IMG/VR virus record: IMGVR_UViG_3300020445_001256
Coordinates: 23,448-87,447 of that record
From: a virus
DNA length: 64,000 nucleotides
Reading direction: 5' to 3' (one strand)
Of this stretch, positions 8,522-16,896 are shown piece by piece. Within the stretch, counting starts at the first letter, position 1. Every line of letters begins with the position of its first letter. The position numbers and the translations under genes were made by a program. The notes beneath the pieces are model-generated. The model saw only the letters and a program-made list of their open reading frames with translations. It did no database searches and had not been told where the DNA came from.

Positions 8522-8655
8522 TGTTGAGGCATCCGTAAGACAGGCAAGGGTGAGTAAACAATTCAGAAGGATCTTAAATGACCTTGTATTGAACGAGGTG
8601 ATCGCACTGTGGAAAACTCTTTAAGTCGAACCTCTGCAAACATAAGTCCTCAACA
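8522..8655 (+). ncRNA. candidate structured RNA or helicase leader
   Basis: Closing stem tgttgagg/cctcaaca; internal cagaagg/cctctg, cttaaa/tttaag and accttg/cgaggt pairings. Confidence 0.45.
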
Positions 8656-8689
8656 CTTATTAAATTTACATTATGAAGGAGATTTCCAT

Positions 8690-9937
8690 TTGAAAGACAC
8701 ATTGAGACCTCACCAGTTGCGTGCCTATAACTCAATGAGTCAGGCAAATCATGGTCAAATTGTAATACCTACTGGTGGTGGTAAAACATTTATTATGATA
8801 GCAGATTGCGATAGGATACTATCAACTAATGGAAGACCTCACAAGACATTTGTTGTAGTTGCACCTCGCATATTACTTGCTAATCAGTTATCTGATGAGT
8901 TTGAATCTGCTCTTAATAATGTTAGTATTGCACACGTACATAGTGGTGAAACACATCATTTTAGCACCACAGATCACAGATTTTTAACACACTGGGATAG
9001 CACAACTATCAGTGATAAGATTATATTTACTACCTATCATTCACTTCACAGAGTATTAGATAGTATGGTAGATATTGATAGAATATATTTTGATGAAGCA
9101 CATAATGGCACTGGTAAATCATTCTTTAAGCAGATAAAAAGAGTTGCTGATTTACAAATATCACGTTTCTTTTTTACTGCTACTCCTCGTATTGCACGCT
9201 CTAAGAATAACATTAGTGCGGAAAGAGGTATGAATAATGCGGAAGTTTGGGGTAATATATTAGAACAAACAACAGCACAGGAGTTAATAGATAGTGGCAC
9301 TATCTTATACCCTAAAGTTATACCATTTGAGAACGATAGAGAGAGAACTAAGTTAAACGCACATGAAGTAGATAGTGATAACTTAAAGGACATACTTACC
9401 AACATAACTGATAACAATCCAAAGGTACTTGTGAGTGCTCCAACAACAAGAATACTATGGAATATGCTCTCACAAACTGATATTAAAGACTGGTTACATG
9501 AGAGAGAATATAACATTTTACACATCACATCTAAGCATGGTGCTATCATTAATGGTAAGAAAGTTGGTAGAGAAGAGTTCTTCAAATTGCTTACAAAATG
9601 GGGTAAAGATGATACTAAGAAGATGATAGTCTTCCATTATAGTATACTATCAGAGGGCATAAATGTTCCTGGTTTGACTCATTCAGTGATGCTAAGAAAT
9701 CTACCTAATATTGAAATGGCACAGACAATAGGTAGAATAATTAGAATACATGAGAAGGACAAAGTTGCAATGAAAGAGGGTAAAATACCTGCTGGTCAGT
9801 ATAACTTATACCATAAAAGTCATGGTCAAATATGTGTTCCAGTATCAGGTAAATACGGTCAAAGAATAGCAAAAAGGTTGCAATCTGTCGTTTCATATAT
9901 CTTTATAGAGGGTATTCCACCAGTTGCATATGTTTAG
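8690..9937 (+). CDS. SF2 DEAH helicase (type III Res-like)
   Basis: LRPHQ, PTGGGKT, DEAH, TATP, SEGINVP, QTIGRIIR; TTG start after AAGGAG. Confidence 0.9.
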   Translation: MKDTLRPHQLRAYNSMSQANHGQIVIPTGGGKTFIMIADCDRILSTNGRPHKTFVVVAPRILLANQLSDEFESALNNVSIAHVHSGETHHFSTTDHRFLTHWDSTTISDKIIFTTYHSLHRVLDSMVDIDRIYFDEAHNGTGKSFFKQIKRVADLQISRFFFTATPRIARSKNNISAERGMNNAEVWGNILEQTTAQELIDSGTILYPKVIPFENDRERTKLNAHEVDSDNLKDILTNITDNNPKVLVSAPTTRILWNMLSQTDIKDWLHEREYNILHITSKHGAIINGKKVGREEFFKLLTKWGKDDTKKMIVFHYSILSEGINVPGLTHSVMLRNLPNIEMAQTIGRIIRIHEKDKVAMKEGKIPAGQYNLYHKSHGQICVPVSGKYGQRIAKRLQSVVSYIFIEGIPPVAYV

Positions 9938-9938
9938 T

Positions 9939-9995
9939 GTGACAGTACGAGTAGTGTCTACTATTTTCCCCATTGTCCCTAAAATCGACTATTAT
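9939..9995 (+). promoter_or_regulatory. early promoter (palindrome plus -10)
   Basis: gtgacag-N8-gtgtctac, tattat at 9990. Confidence 0.7.
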
Positions 9996-10022
9996 ATAAG
10001 AGTAAACCAAATAACGGAGTTT

Positions 10023-10142
10023 ATGACCACACTTTCCAAAGAAGTTTATCAACAGTTGGTTAATCCAACTCCAGTCATTAAGTATTACTTTTTGACTCCT
10101 CAGAGTGTTACTAACCCTAAGAATACTAGGAGGACAAAATGA
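10023..10142 (+). CDS. small early protein
   Basis: GGAG RBS, ATG 10023. Confidence 0.5.
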   Translation: MTTLSKEVYQQLVNPTPVIKYYFLTPQSVTNPKNTRRTK

Positions 10143-10348
10143 AAACATTTATCTATTCATTTCGCATAGTATGTGAAAACAATGATGAACCAAATCCTGT
10201 TCATTTATGTGAAGAAATACAAGCATATTTGAACAGTAATTTATCATATTATGATGATGCAATGGATCAACATATTAATGCTGAGGTTGTGGGTTATAAT
10301 GTAGAAGTAGATCAATTTAATCCATTTATTGCAGAGGAGGAGTATTAA
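10139..10348 (+). CDS. hypothetical early protein
   Basis: AGGAGG RBS, coupled. Confidence 0.7.
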   Translation: MKTFIYSFRIVCENNDEPNPVHLCEEIQAYLNSNLSYYDDAMDQHINAEVVGYNVEVDQFNPFIAEEEY

Positions 10349-10524
10349 TGAACAATCTTGATTTCCTATCACAAGTATTAGAAGATTTCTGCCTTAATTA
10401 TGACTTAGAGTTTATGAGTGCAGATGATATTTTATACGGTGATTGTGATAATAAATTAGATGATAACCAGAAAGATTGGTTGAGAAACTATATCGAAGTC
10501 TGGGATACTATTGTGAACTTATGA
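10348..10524 (+). CDS. 58-aa early protein, not in the track
   Basis: GAGGAG RBS; MNNLDFLSQVLEDFC... Confidence 0.65.
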   Translation: MNNLDFLSQVLEDFCLNYDLEFMSADDILYGDCDNKLDDNQKDWLRNYIEVWDTIVNL

Positions 10525-10742
10525 TAGTATTACGCATACATGAGAATAACACTGGAACGATTAATTTCGATTCAGAAGAACAATTAGAGGCATGGATTGA
10601 TGCTCCTAATTATGAACAAGTACAATGGGAATACACTAATGAAGATGTATTTCATAGGACATATTTTGTAGAACGTAACATTAACTCATTCACCCCAACT
10701 TCGGAGGACATTTCTAATGCAATCTGGAACAAATATGCGTAG
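10521..10742 (+). CDS. hypothetical early protein
   Basis: ATGA overlap with the upstream stop. Confidence 0.6.
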   Translation: MIVLRIHENNTGTINFDSEEQLEAWIDAPNYEQVQWEYTNEDVFHRTYFVERNINSFTPTSEDISNAIWNKYA

Positions 10743-10950
10743 CAATCTAATCATCACACCAAAGACTTCAGCATCTATTGAGTTAGATAGCGACCAAATT
10801 AGCACTCTATTGTATATCATAGAGGGATATTGTCAAGGTGATGATTACATTGAAGGAACTGATTTTGGTAATGATTGTGATAAGTTAGTGGAGATATTAG
10901 AGCACGCAAGTGAAACAATACCACTAGAAGATGATCCATGTTGGCAATAG
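10735..10950 (+). CDS. hypothetical early protein
   Basis: Acidic ORF ending at the next promoter; start could be 10717. Confidence 0.6.
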   Translation: MRSNLIITPKTSASIELDSDQISTLLYIIEGYCQGDDYIEGTDFGNDCDKLVEILEHASETIPLEDDPCWQ

Positions 10951-10951
10951 T

Positions 10952-11011
10952 GTGACAGTACAATTACTGTCTACTTTTTTCCCATTTGACTCTATTATGC
11001 CTTATTATAAT
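10952..11011 (+). promoter_or_regulatory. early promoter (palindrome plus -10)
   Basis: gtgacag-N8-ctgtctac, tattataat at 11003-11011. Confidence 0.7.
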
Positions 11012-11037
11012 AGAGTAAACAACAAAACTTTTATTTT

Positions 11038-11517
11038 ATGACTCTTACATCAGTTGAATTCAGAGAAGAACTTCAGGGTAAACTTGAAGACAATGTATTA
11101 CTTTGGACTGAAGGATTATGTGATGCTCTTGAAAAGAATTACTTTGATTATCACCTTAGAATGATAACAAATAACTCTACAAGATACACTGAAGGAGAGT
11201 TATCAGAGTATGCACAATCTCAGTTAGATGCTATTAACAATGGCACTGCTAATTTGATGAAGTTTAAGATAGTTACTGGACGTAAGTATCACAAAATTAT
11301 ACAACAAGACTACGATACATTTCAAGATAGAAATGAATATAGGGATGGCAGTGTTCATGCCTTTGTTGATAAGAAAACTGGTGAAGTTTATAAACCAGCA
11401 AGTTGGAAATCTCCCGCAAAACATGTTAGATATGATATGAGAATTATCAAACATAGGGAGTATTTACATAACTCACAGAATACAGGTTGGGCAGGTGGTT
11501 ATCTCTATATGAGATAA
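11038..11517 (+). CDS. conserved T4-like phage early protein
   Basis: SVHAFVDKKTGEVYKPASWKSPAKHVRY motif typical of myovirus early genes. Confidence 0.75.
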   Translation: MTLTSVEFREELQGKLEDNVLLWTEGLCDALEKNYFDYHLRMITNNSTRYTEGELSEYAQSQLDAINNGTANLMKFKIVTGRKYHKIIQQDYDTFQDRNEYRDGSVHAFVDKKTGEVYKPASWKSPAKHVRYDMRIIKHREYLHNSQNTGWAGGYLYMR

Positions 11518-11555
11518 TCTTCCCCCTCTAAGTATCATTCATTCACCCTAATTAC

Positions 11556-11699
11556 ATGTCTACATTAACAATCACCGACTACGAATCAAATCTACTATTT
11601 GATATGTTGTACACAACAATTTCAGAGTTTAATGATGGAGAATATCCTGTAGAACTTGACACATTGTTCACCAAATTACAGGATGCAAAGTTACAATGA
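11556..11699 (+). CDS. 47-aa protein, not in the track
   Basis: MSTLTITDYESNLLF...; ATGA overlap with the next gene. Confidence 0.55.
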   Translation: MSTLTITDYESNLLFDMLYTTISEFNDGEYPVELDTLFTKLQDAKLQ

Positions 11700-11878
11700 A
11701 ACTCTTTATTTCAGACGGTAAATGTTATCGTAATCACAAGTATCAGAAGAGAAGATTAAGTAAAGCAGATCACATCTATCTAATTAAAACAACAAATTGG
11801 AAGGATATTATCTGGACATACTTCTCAGAAATCGAAGACGATTTCAGACTCTTAAATTCACCTTACTCCCCTAATTAA
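11696..11878 (+). CDS. hypothetical protein
   Basis: Coupled ORF. Confidence 0.6.
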   Translation: MKLFISDGKCYRNHKYQKRRLSKADHIYLIKTTNWKDIIWTYFSEIEDDFRLLNSPYSPN

Positions 11879-11879
11879 C

Positions 11880-12257
11880 ATGACTAACTATCAACAAACA
11901 GCAAACCCAAATGCAACAAATAGTGAGTTAGATGCTAAGGTTATTGTTAAAGTACCTGACCTAAATTCACTACAATTAGATGAAGTTAGAGAGCAATATG
12001 CAGAGATAGTTCTTGATAGAATGGACTATAAAGATCTAGAGCAATATGTATATGATTCTCTATCAGATTACTACGGTAAAATGACACAAACTGAACTAAG
12101 AGAACATATTGTTGAAATGGAAAATAGTGGTGATCCCACTGATAACTTATTTGATGAATTAGCAGAGAATGTAACAATTAGGGATTTGATGAAAGAGAAA
12201 GATAGTGACGAAGATAACACATGTATGCAAACATTTATTCCAGGATTCCATGACTAA
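11880..12257 (+). CDS. acidic hypothetical protein
   Basis: 125-aa ORF in a tight array. Confidence 0.7.
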   Translation: MTNYQQTANPNATNSELDAKVIVKVPDLNSLQLDEVREQYAEIVLDRMDYKDLEQYVYDSLSDYYGKMTQTELREHIVEMENSGDPTDNLFDELAENVTIRDLMKEKDSDEDNTCMQTFIPGFHD

Positions 12258-12450
12258 ACTAACATATAGTGACTCTCCATTCTTCTCAAATTGGAGTCAA
12301 AGTTACTTCACTAATTTAACATTAGATCAGCACATTGCTAACAACAACTGGTTTATGACTACACTCACTATGTTAAAAGATGATGGTGTATTATATGTCC
12401 CAGTTCTTGATAAGAACTTCAACAGATTAGGGGAGGAAATTAATGACTAA
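12250..12450 (+). CDS. hypothetical protein
   Basis: ATG 12250 after AGGA. Confidence 0.6.
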   Translation: MTKLTYSDSPFFSNWSQSYFTNLTLDQHIANNNWFMTTLTMLKDDGVLYVPVLDKNFNRLGEEIND

Positions 12451-12604
12451 CGTCACAAAGTACACTCGTGCAGGTGTTAGTGGGAAACAAATAGTATGCC
12501 CACAATGTAACAACGAAGCAAGAGTATTTCACTTCAGTTGGAGTGCATTAACCTGTCAATCTTGCAAACAAAGTATTAACAAACCCGATTGGATTCTTAC
12601 CTAA
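12443..12604 (+). CDS. 53-aa zinc-ribbon protein, not in the track
   Basis: GGAGG RBS; CPQC...HFSWSALTCQSC. Confidence 0.7.
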   Translation: MTNVTKYTRAGVSGKQIVCPQCNNEARVFHFSWSALTCQSCKQSINKPDWILT

Positions 12605-12605
12605 A

Positions 12606-12752
12606 ATGACATACTACACAGTCGAAACTGACCTATTTACTGTTGACTTTAAGGATGAATATACATACCTTAATTGTCTATTAGCAGCAAAAGATTTAGG
12701 TGTCAATTTAGATCATTACCTACTAGAATTTCAACTAGAAGATGATGATTAA
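12606..12752 (+). CDS. 48-aa acidic protein, not in the track
   Basis: MTYYTVETDLF...EDDD directly after the upstream stop. Confidence 0.55.
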   Translation: MTYYTVETDLFTVDFKDEYTYLNCLLAAKDLGVNLDHYLLEFQLEDDD

Positions 12753-12791
12753 CCATGATATTTGACTCACTAAATGTTGTCAACTGGTCTT

Positions 12792-12853
12792 GTGTCACTC
12801 TTCAAACAGGCACAAGATCGCTTGATTTTTGCCCCATTTTATGAGATCATAAT
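12792..12853 (+). promoter_or_regulatory. early promoter (palindrome plus -10)
   Basis: gtgtcac-N8-caggcac; cataat at 12848. Confidence 0.55.
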
Positions 12854-13076
12854 AGTATAAAGAAATTTGATTTAAACTATTATGAGATATTCAGTTCACT
12901 GCCCATCCGCACCCTTCGAGAATTCAAGTTTTGTTAATCTTGACGATTGTTGGGGTTTATGCCTCGATTTATCCGAAGAGTATGGATATGCTGAGGTCAG
13001 ATATGGTGCTTGCGTCATGGGATCCTACACTAATGGACAGTAGACAAACTGCCACAAGATCGCTTGATTTTTGCCC
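12811..13076 (+). repeat. 24-bp perfect direct repeat flanking one gene
   Basis: cacaagatcgcttgatttttgccc at 12811-12834 and 13053-13076. Confidence 0.85.
12882..13043 (+). CDS. 53-aa early protein, not in the track
   Basis: MRYSVHCPSAPFEN...CLDLSEEYGYAEVRYG, between two promoters. Confidence 0.7.
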   Translation: MRYSVHCPSAPFENSSFVNLDDCWGLCLDLSEEYGYAEVRYGACVMGSYTNGQ

Positions 13077-13092
13077 AAATCTGTGCTATATT
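13034..13092 (+). promoter_or_regulatory. early promoter (palindrome plus -10)
   Basis: tggacag-N8-ctgccac; TG-c-tatatt at 13087. Confidence 0.6.
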
Positions 13093-13127
13093 AAGAACAT
13101 AATCAAGGACAACACAATTTTAATTTT

Positions 13128-13436
13128 ATGACTACTATGACTAAATCTTTATTTTCACAATCTATCAATCTATGTGATGATTATCTCGGATTTGAGTGGA
13201 CTCAATCCACTCGTACTTCTATGTTTGATGTATATCGTAGAGAGAACGATTTAGACGGTTCTCTTGCTATCTACCACTATGGTAATGATGTCTTCAAAGT
13301 AAGAACAATGTCTTACACTTATGACGGTTGCACTAAAGGTGACCAGATTGATTTAGGCACTTTCGATAACATTTTAGATGCACAAGATTGTGCAGAAGAT
13401 TATCTTAAAGATCTTCTAATGTCTCAAGGTGTTTAA
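13128..13436 (+). CDS. hypothetical early protein
   Basis: First ORF after the promoter. Confidence 0.7.
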   Translation: MTTMTKSLFSQSINLCDDYLGFEWTQSTRTSMFDVYRRENDLDGSLAIYHYGNDVFKVRTMSYTYDGCTKGDQIDLGTFDNILDAQDCAEDYLKDLLMSQGV

Positions 13437-13469
13437 CACCTTCCCAGTAAACTTTCATTTCTTTTTATT

Positions 13470-13718
13470 ATGCAATTAACTTCAATCGGTGGATCTATGG
13501 TAATAGATTACTACCCAACAAAATCAATCTTCACTAATAAGATTATTGATGAAGTCTTCCTTAAGGTAGTAACATTTAAGGGTAAGACTATGAAAAAAAG
13601 TGTTATCGAAGGTCAGGCATATACTGACGAGTTAGTATCATATAAGGATCACGATTATGCGATCACAATTAACACTAAACGTCCCGCACAGTTTATATCA
13701 GATAGACGATATGCGTGA
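13470..13718 (+). CDS. hypothetical early protein
   Basis: ATG ORF ending in the next promoter. Confidence 0.7.
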   Translation: MQLTSIGGSMVIDYYPTKSIFTNKIIDEVFLKVVTFKGKTMKKSVIEGQAYTDELVSYKDHDYAITINTKRPAQFISDRRYA

Positions 13719-13772
13719 CAGTGTACAAAGTGTCCACATTTTCCCCTAAACTATCATTTTAACCCTTATAAT
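13715..13772 (+). promoter_or_regulatory. early promoter (palindrome plus -10)
   Basis: gtgacag-N8-gtgtccac; TATAAT at 13767. Confidence 0.7.
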
Positions 13773-13797
13773 AAAGTATACCAAACAAATCAGACTT

Positions 13798-14079
13798 ATG
13801 ACCAAAACTTCAAAGATAATGCAGAGAATTCTGCAAGTTGAGAATTTCCAGAATGTCGCATGTGTATGTGCTAACTGGCAAGAATTCGTTCAAGAATTAA
13901 GCGAGTGGGGTGTATATGGGTGTGCTAAAATAGATTTTGATGATGAAGATCTTGACGTTTCATTATTAGATAGATTCATCAAATCTGAAAATGGATATGA
14001 AAGAACTGGTGACGATTGGAACCTTATCTATGACAATGGTAAAACACTTGTTAATAACTATGGAGGTATCTTCGCATGA
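13798..14079 (+). CDS. hypothetical early protein
   Basis: First ORF after the promoter. Confidence 0.7.
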   Translation: MTKTSKIMQRILQVENFQNVACVCANWQEFVQELSEWGVYGCAKIDFDDEDLDVSLLDRFIKSENGYERTGDDWNLIYDNGKTLVNNYGGIFA

Positions 14080-14312
14080 ATAGTTTACAAGAATTCGTTG
14101 ATTATGTGTGGTCATTCTATTCACCTAACAGCGATCTTTATCCTATTAAAGGATTAACAAAGGCAGACATATTTGATGCCTTTTATGTATACAAACATAG
14201 ACTATTACACACCCAAAATGATAATTTTACTTGGGGTTACGGTGATAGTTTAGACAGAGAAAGAGTAAGAGATATTATATTAGAATTACCACAATTTACC
14301 TTTGGAGGATAA
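14076..14312 (+). CDS. hypothetical early protein
   Basis: GGAGGT RBS; DSLDRERVRDI motif. Confidence 0.7.
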   Translation: MNSLQEFVDYVWSFYSPNSDLYPIKGLTKADIFDAFYVYKHRLLHTQNDNFTWGYGDSLDRERVRDIILELPQFTFGG

Positions 14313-14313
14313 C

Positions 14314-14496
14314 ATGAGCACATTACAAAACGAATCAATTCTTGAAACTTTACATGATGAAGTTTGGGAAGAGTTTAGAATACATAACAAACTAACTGAT
14401 GACCAATTAAATGAACTTTGTTGGGCAAATGAGTCAGGCACGTTATTAGCAATCGAAAAAGAAGTTGAAAAGCGTTTTGAGGATTTATGCCAATGA
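14314..14496 (+). CDS. hypothetical early protein
   Basis: GGAGG RBS; MSTLQNESILETL... Confidence 0.7.
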   Translation: MSTLQNESILETLHDEVWEEFRIHNKLTDDQLNELCWANESGTLLAIEKEVEKRFEDLCQ

Positions 14497-14651
14497 TTAA
14501 CACAAAAGAAACAAAGTACGACCTCTACGATATATTCACACCAGATGAATTGCAACAGGTTACTGACATTTTTCTTGAAGCATATTGCAGGAAAAGTGGT
14601 ATTGAACCAGAGGTATTTGAAATTGAAACTAACATTATTGTGGAGGATTAA
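14493..14651 (+). CDS. 52-aa protein, not in the track
   Basis: ATGA overlap; MINTKETKYDLYD... Confidence 0.6.
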   Translation: MINTKETKYDLYDIFTPDELQQVTDIFLEAYCRKSGIEPEVFEIETNIIVED

Positions 14652-14653
14652 CC

Positions 14654-14881
14654 ATGTATAAAAGTGAACAATTCGGGCGAATCTTCTGGATAGATGATAA
14701 CAATGATTTCAAATCATGCCCACTAAATGTAGATGGAACTGGTGATTTTACATGCGAAGATTATGTATGTGAATGGACAGAATGGGAGGGAGTTAATTAT
14801 GAAATTCTCTTTAATATCCATCAGTCATGTGTACTTAACAAGAACAATTACGCAGGTTCATTAACAATTAATGGAGTATAA
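14654..14881 (+). CDS. hypothetical early protein
   Basis: GGAGG RBS. Confidence 0.7.
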   Translation: MYKSEQFGRIFWIDDNNDFKSCPLNVDGTGDFTCEDYVCEWTEWEGVNYEILFNIHQSCVLNKNNYAGSLTINGV

Positions 14882-15043
14882 CTATCTACCACGTTATAAC
14901 ATAGATAGAGAAGATCTTCTCACTATTTGTGGATCGCCGCCGATATTTTTTACACTATGTCACTACATCCCCATCTAATTGTCTGGAACTTAATGACAAC
15001 GGCATACGACAGTTTACGTTATGAAGAGATAAACAAACCCACT

Positions 15044-15196
15044 ATGACTTACCTCGATTTGTTAAAACAATTACATGAACTTCCAAAAGAAAAGTTACAA
15101 CAAACCGTCACAATCTACGACAAAGATTGTGAAGAATTCATCCCCACAGATAGCACACTATATGTCAAGAATGACAGGGCATATTTGCAAATCTAA
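15044..15196 (+). CDS. small hypothetical protein
   Basis: MTYLDLLKQLHELPKEKLQQTVTIYD...; the upstream TTG extension is doubtful. Confidence 0.6.
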   Translation: MTYLDLLKQLHELPKEKLQQTVTIYDKDCEEFIPTDSTLYVKNDRAYLQI

Positions 15197-15217
15197 TTGT
15201 TACTCAGGGGTGATAAT

Positions 15218-15475
15218 ATGAGCAAGAAATATGATTTTAAACGAGGTGAACTTATCACTGTTAATGGTGAACAAGGGAGGATAAATTGCATTAATAAAGA
15301 ATATTTTACCCTAACGATTAGAGAGTGGAAAGATGAAAACAAGTTAGGAGGATTAGGGCAAGTTAATTTATTAGTTTATCGTTCATATTGGGATGATATT
15401 GTTTATCACGAACGAGAGAATGTAGAGGGCAATTCTTATCACTCACAGCAATACAGATATGAGGATGTACAATGA
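15218..15475 (+). CDS. hypothetical protein
   Basis: GGGGTG RBS, ATG 15218. Confidence 0.65.
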   Translation: MSKKYDFKRGELITVNGEQGRINCINKEYFTLTIREWKDENKLGGLGQVNLLVYRSYWDDIVYHERENVEGNSYHSQQYRYEDVQ

Positions 15476-15612
15476 AACAATTACCAGACGATTACAACTA
15501 TAAAAATGTTACTCACGGAGAACAGATTAACTACGTCTGGATAACATTAAAGGAACTCGTAATTATGCAATGGGAGTATATACGAAAAGAAGGATTATGG
15601 AGGAGTTATTAA
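15472..15612 (+). CDS. 46-aa protein, not in the track
   Basis: GAGGA RBS, ATGA overlap; MKQLPDDYNYKNVT... Confidence 0.6.
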   Translation: MKQLPDDYNYKNVTHGEQINYVWITLKELVIMQWEYIRKEGLWRSY

Positions 15613-15708
15613 CAACTATGTGGAAAACTTACGTGAATTTGTGGAAACAATTAAATGGTAATATAAATCTAGTAGTGTTTACTTTAGTGTGGAAAAACCT
15701 GTGGAGAA
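15606..15708 (-). promoter_or_regulatory. cluster of DnaA-box-like 9-mers
   Basis: TGTGGAAAA at 15619 and 15688, TGTGGAAAC at 15640, TGTGGAGAA at 15700 (reverse complement TTTTCCACA-like), in a ~325-bp intergenic gap. Confidence 0.5.
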
Positions 15709-15851
15709 AGTGTTGCCTTAGCACGCAGATTACCGACTTGTCAATAACATTTAATAAACTGCAATATTCTGGGAGTTACTAACACAAACTGCCGAGAAGT
15801 ATTGCCACAGTTAGTATAAAGAAATAGGCAGGGGTCTCTCAGGGGGGTTAT

Positions 15852-15912
15852 GTGACAGTGGGGAAAGTGTCCACTAGTTACTGACAACAACCTCAAAATA
15901 CTGTATTATAAT
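15852..15912 (+). promoter_or_regulatory. early promoter (palindrome plus -10)
   Basis: gtgacag-N8-gtgtccac; tattataat at 15904-15912. Confidence 0.7.
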
Positions 15913-15937
15913 AGTATAAACAAACAAAGGACAATCT

Positions 15938-16255
15938 ATGAGAGTTATTGAAAAGAACATGTGCAGAGCGATTTCTAACAAGAAACCCTTCTCATCTTCC
16001 AACACTTCAGTAACATTTTCCGCAGACAATTCTCAAGCATTTGTTTATCTTCACGGCAACCACATTGCAACGGTAAGTGATAACAATCTCCAGATATTTG
16101 ATGGGGGTTGGCAATCAAATACCACGAAAAGTAGGTTGAACTCGTTATTAGAAACCTTCACAGGATTAGGAAGAGGTTTGTATCAACGAAACTGGGAATG
16201 GTTCGTACAAAGTAACAACAACCCCTTCTATTCTGGAATGATTCTTAATACTTGA
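15938..16255 (+). CDS. conserved cyanophage early protein
   Basis: VYLHGNHIA...DGGWQSNTTKSRLN motif; AAGGA RBS. Confidence 0.75.
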   Translation: MRVIEKNMCRAISNKKPFSSSNTSVTFSADNSQAFVYLHGNHIATVSDNNLQIFDGGWQSNTTKSRLNSLLETFTGLGRGLYQRNWEWFVQSNNNPFYSGMILNT

Positions 16256-16280
16256 CAAGATAAACAGTTAGTGTTATAAT
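16252..16280 (+). promoter_or_regulatory. consensus sigma70 promoter
   Basis: TTGACA-N17-TATAAT. Confidence 0.8.
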
Positions 16281-16306
16281 AGAGGGGTAAATAACCCCTC
16301 TTTTTT
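16281..16306 (+). terminator. intrinsic terminator
   Basis: agagggg-taaataa-cccctct followed by a T run. Confidence 0.75.
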
Positions 16307-16505
16307 AATGTAAACTAACAAATAGTCACCCACTATATGTAAAGAAAGCAGGTCAAATCGCAGTCCTGGTGGGGGTTTTCGCCTTTCTTGGCGGCCCTTA
16401 ATATAAAACCGATAGAGACCCTAACCTACAAAGGTTCCCCAGAGAGAGATATATTATGAACTATTCATGTCTTCTCTATATAAAAAAATCCCCCAGTAAA
16501 AAAAG

Positions 16506-16718
16506 ATGTCCTTAGAGTTTTCACAAACATTCCAAGATGATCGCACTAGATGCCTTGAGCATCTTGTACGTAAGGAAGGTTTTTTAGATACGAGAATGTA
16601 TGAATGTTCCCAACAAGCCGTTGAAAGTGGTGTATGTAAAGATGTTGAGGCACTATATACCTTGTGGGATGAATGGAAAGTAAAATTCCCTACCCCACAA
16701 GTAGTAAATCGCCTTTGA
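16506..16718 (+). CDS. hypothetical protein
   Basis: ATG ORF, 70 aa. Confidence 0.65.
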   Translation: MSLEFSQTFQDDRTRCLEHLVRKEGFLDTRMYECSQQAVESGVCKDVEALYTLWDEWKVKFPTPQVVNRL

Positions 16719-16723
16719 ATATA

Positions 16724-16894
16724 ATGAGTAAAAGATTCACAACACAGTTGGATGAAGACGATTACGGCGATCTTGTTCTTACGATTCCATACGATATTTG
16801 TGAAGAGTTAGGTTGGAATACAGAAACACCTCTACAATATGATGTCAATGAACAGGGGTTCCATCTTAAGAAACAAGAAGAAGAGAAGCAGTAA
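16724..16894 (+). CDS. AbrB/MazE-like swapped-hairpin protein
   Basis: GDLVLTIPYDICEELGWNTETPL pattern. Confidence 0.6.
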   Translation: MSKRFTTQLDEDDYGDLVLTIPYDICEELGWNTETPLQYDVNEQGFHLKKQEEEKQ

Positions 16895-16896
16895 TC

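Noticed and set aside
12931-13131. Track ORF of 66 aa
   Set aside because: It runs across a promoter; the likely real gene is 12882-13043 in another frame.
15570-15782. Track ORF with repeated LWK/VWK
   Set aside because: The repeats are translations of the TGTGGAAA boxes; it overlaps the better ORF 15472-15612.
1535-15912. CRISPR array or integron attC sites for the recurring palindrome
   Set aside because: The copies are degenerate, irregularly spaced and always ~30 nt upstream of a -10 box; no cas or integrase gene is present.
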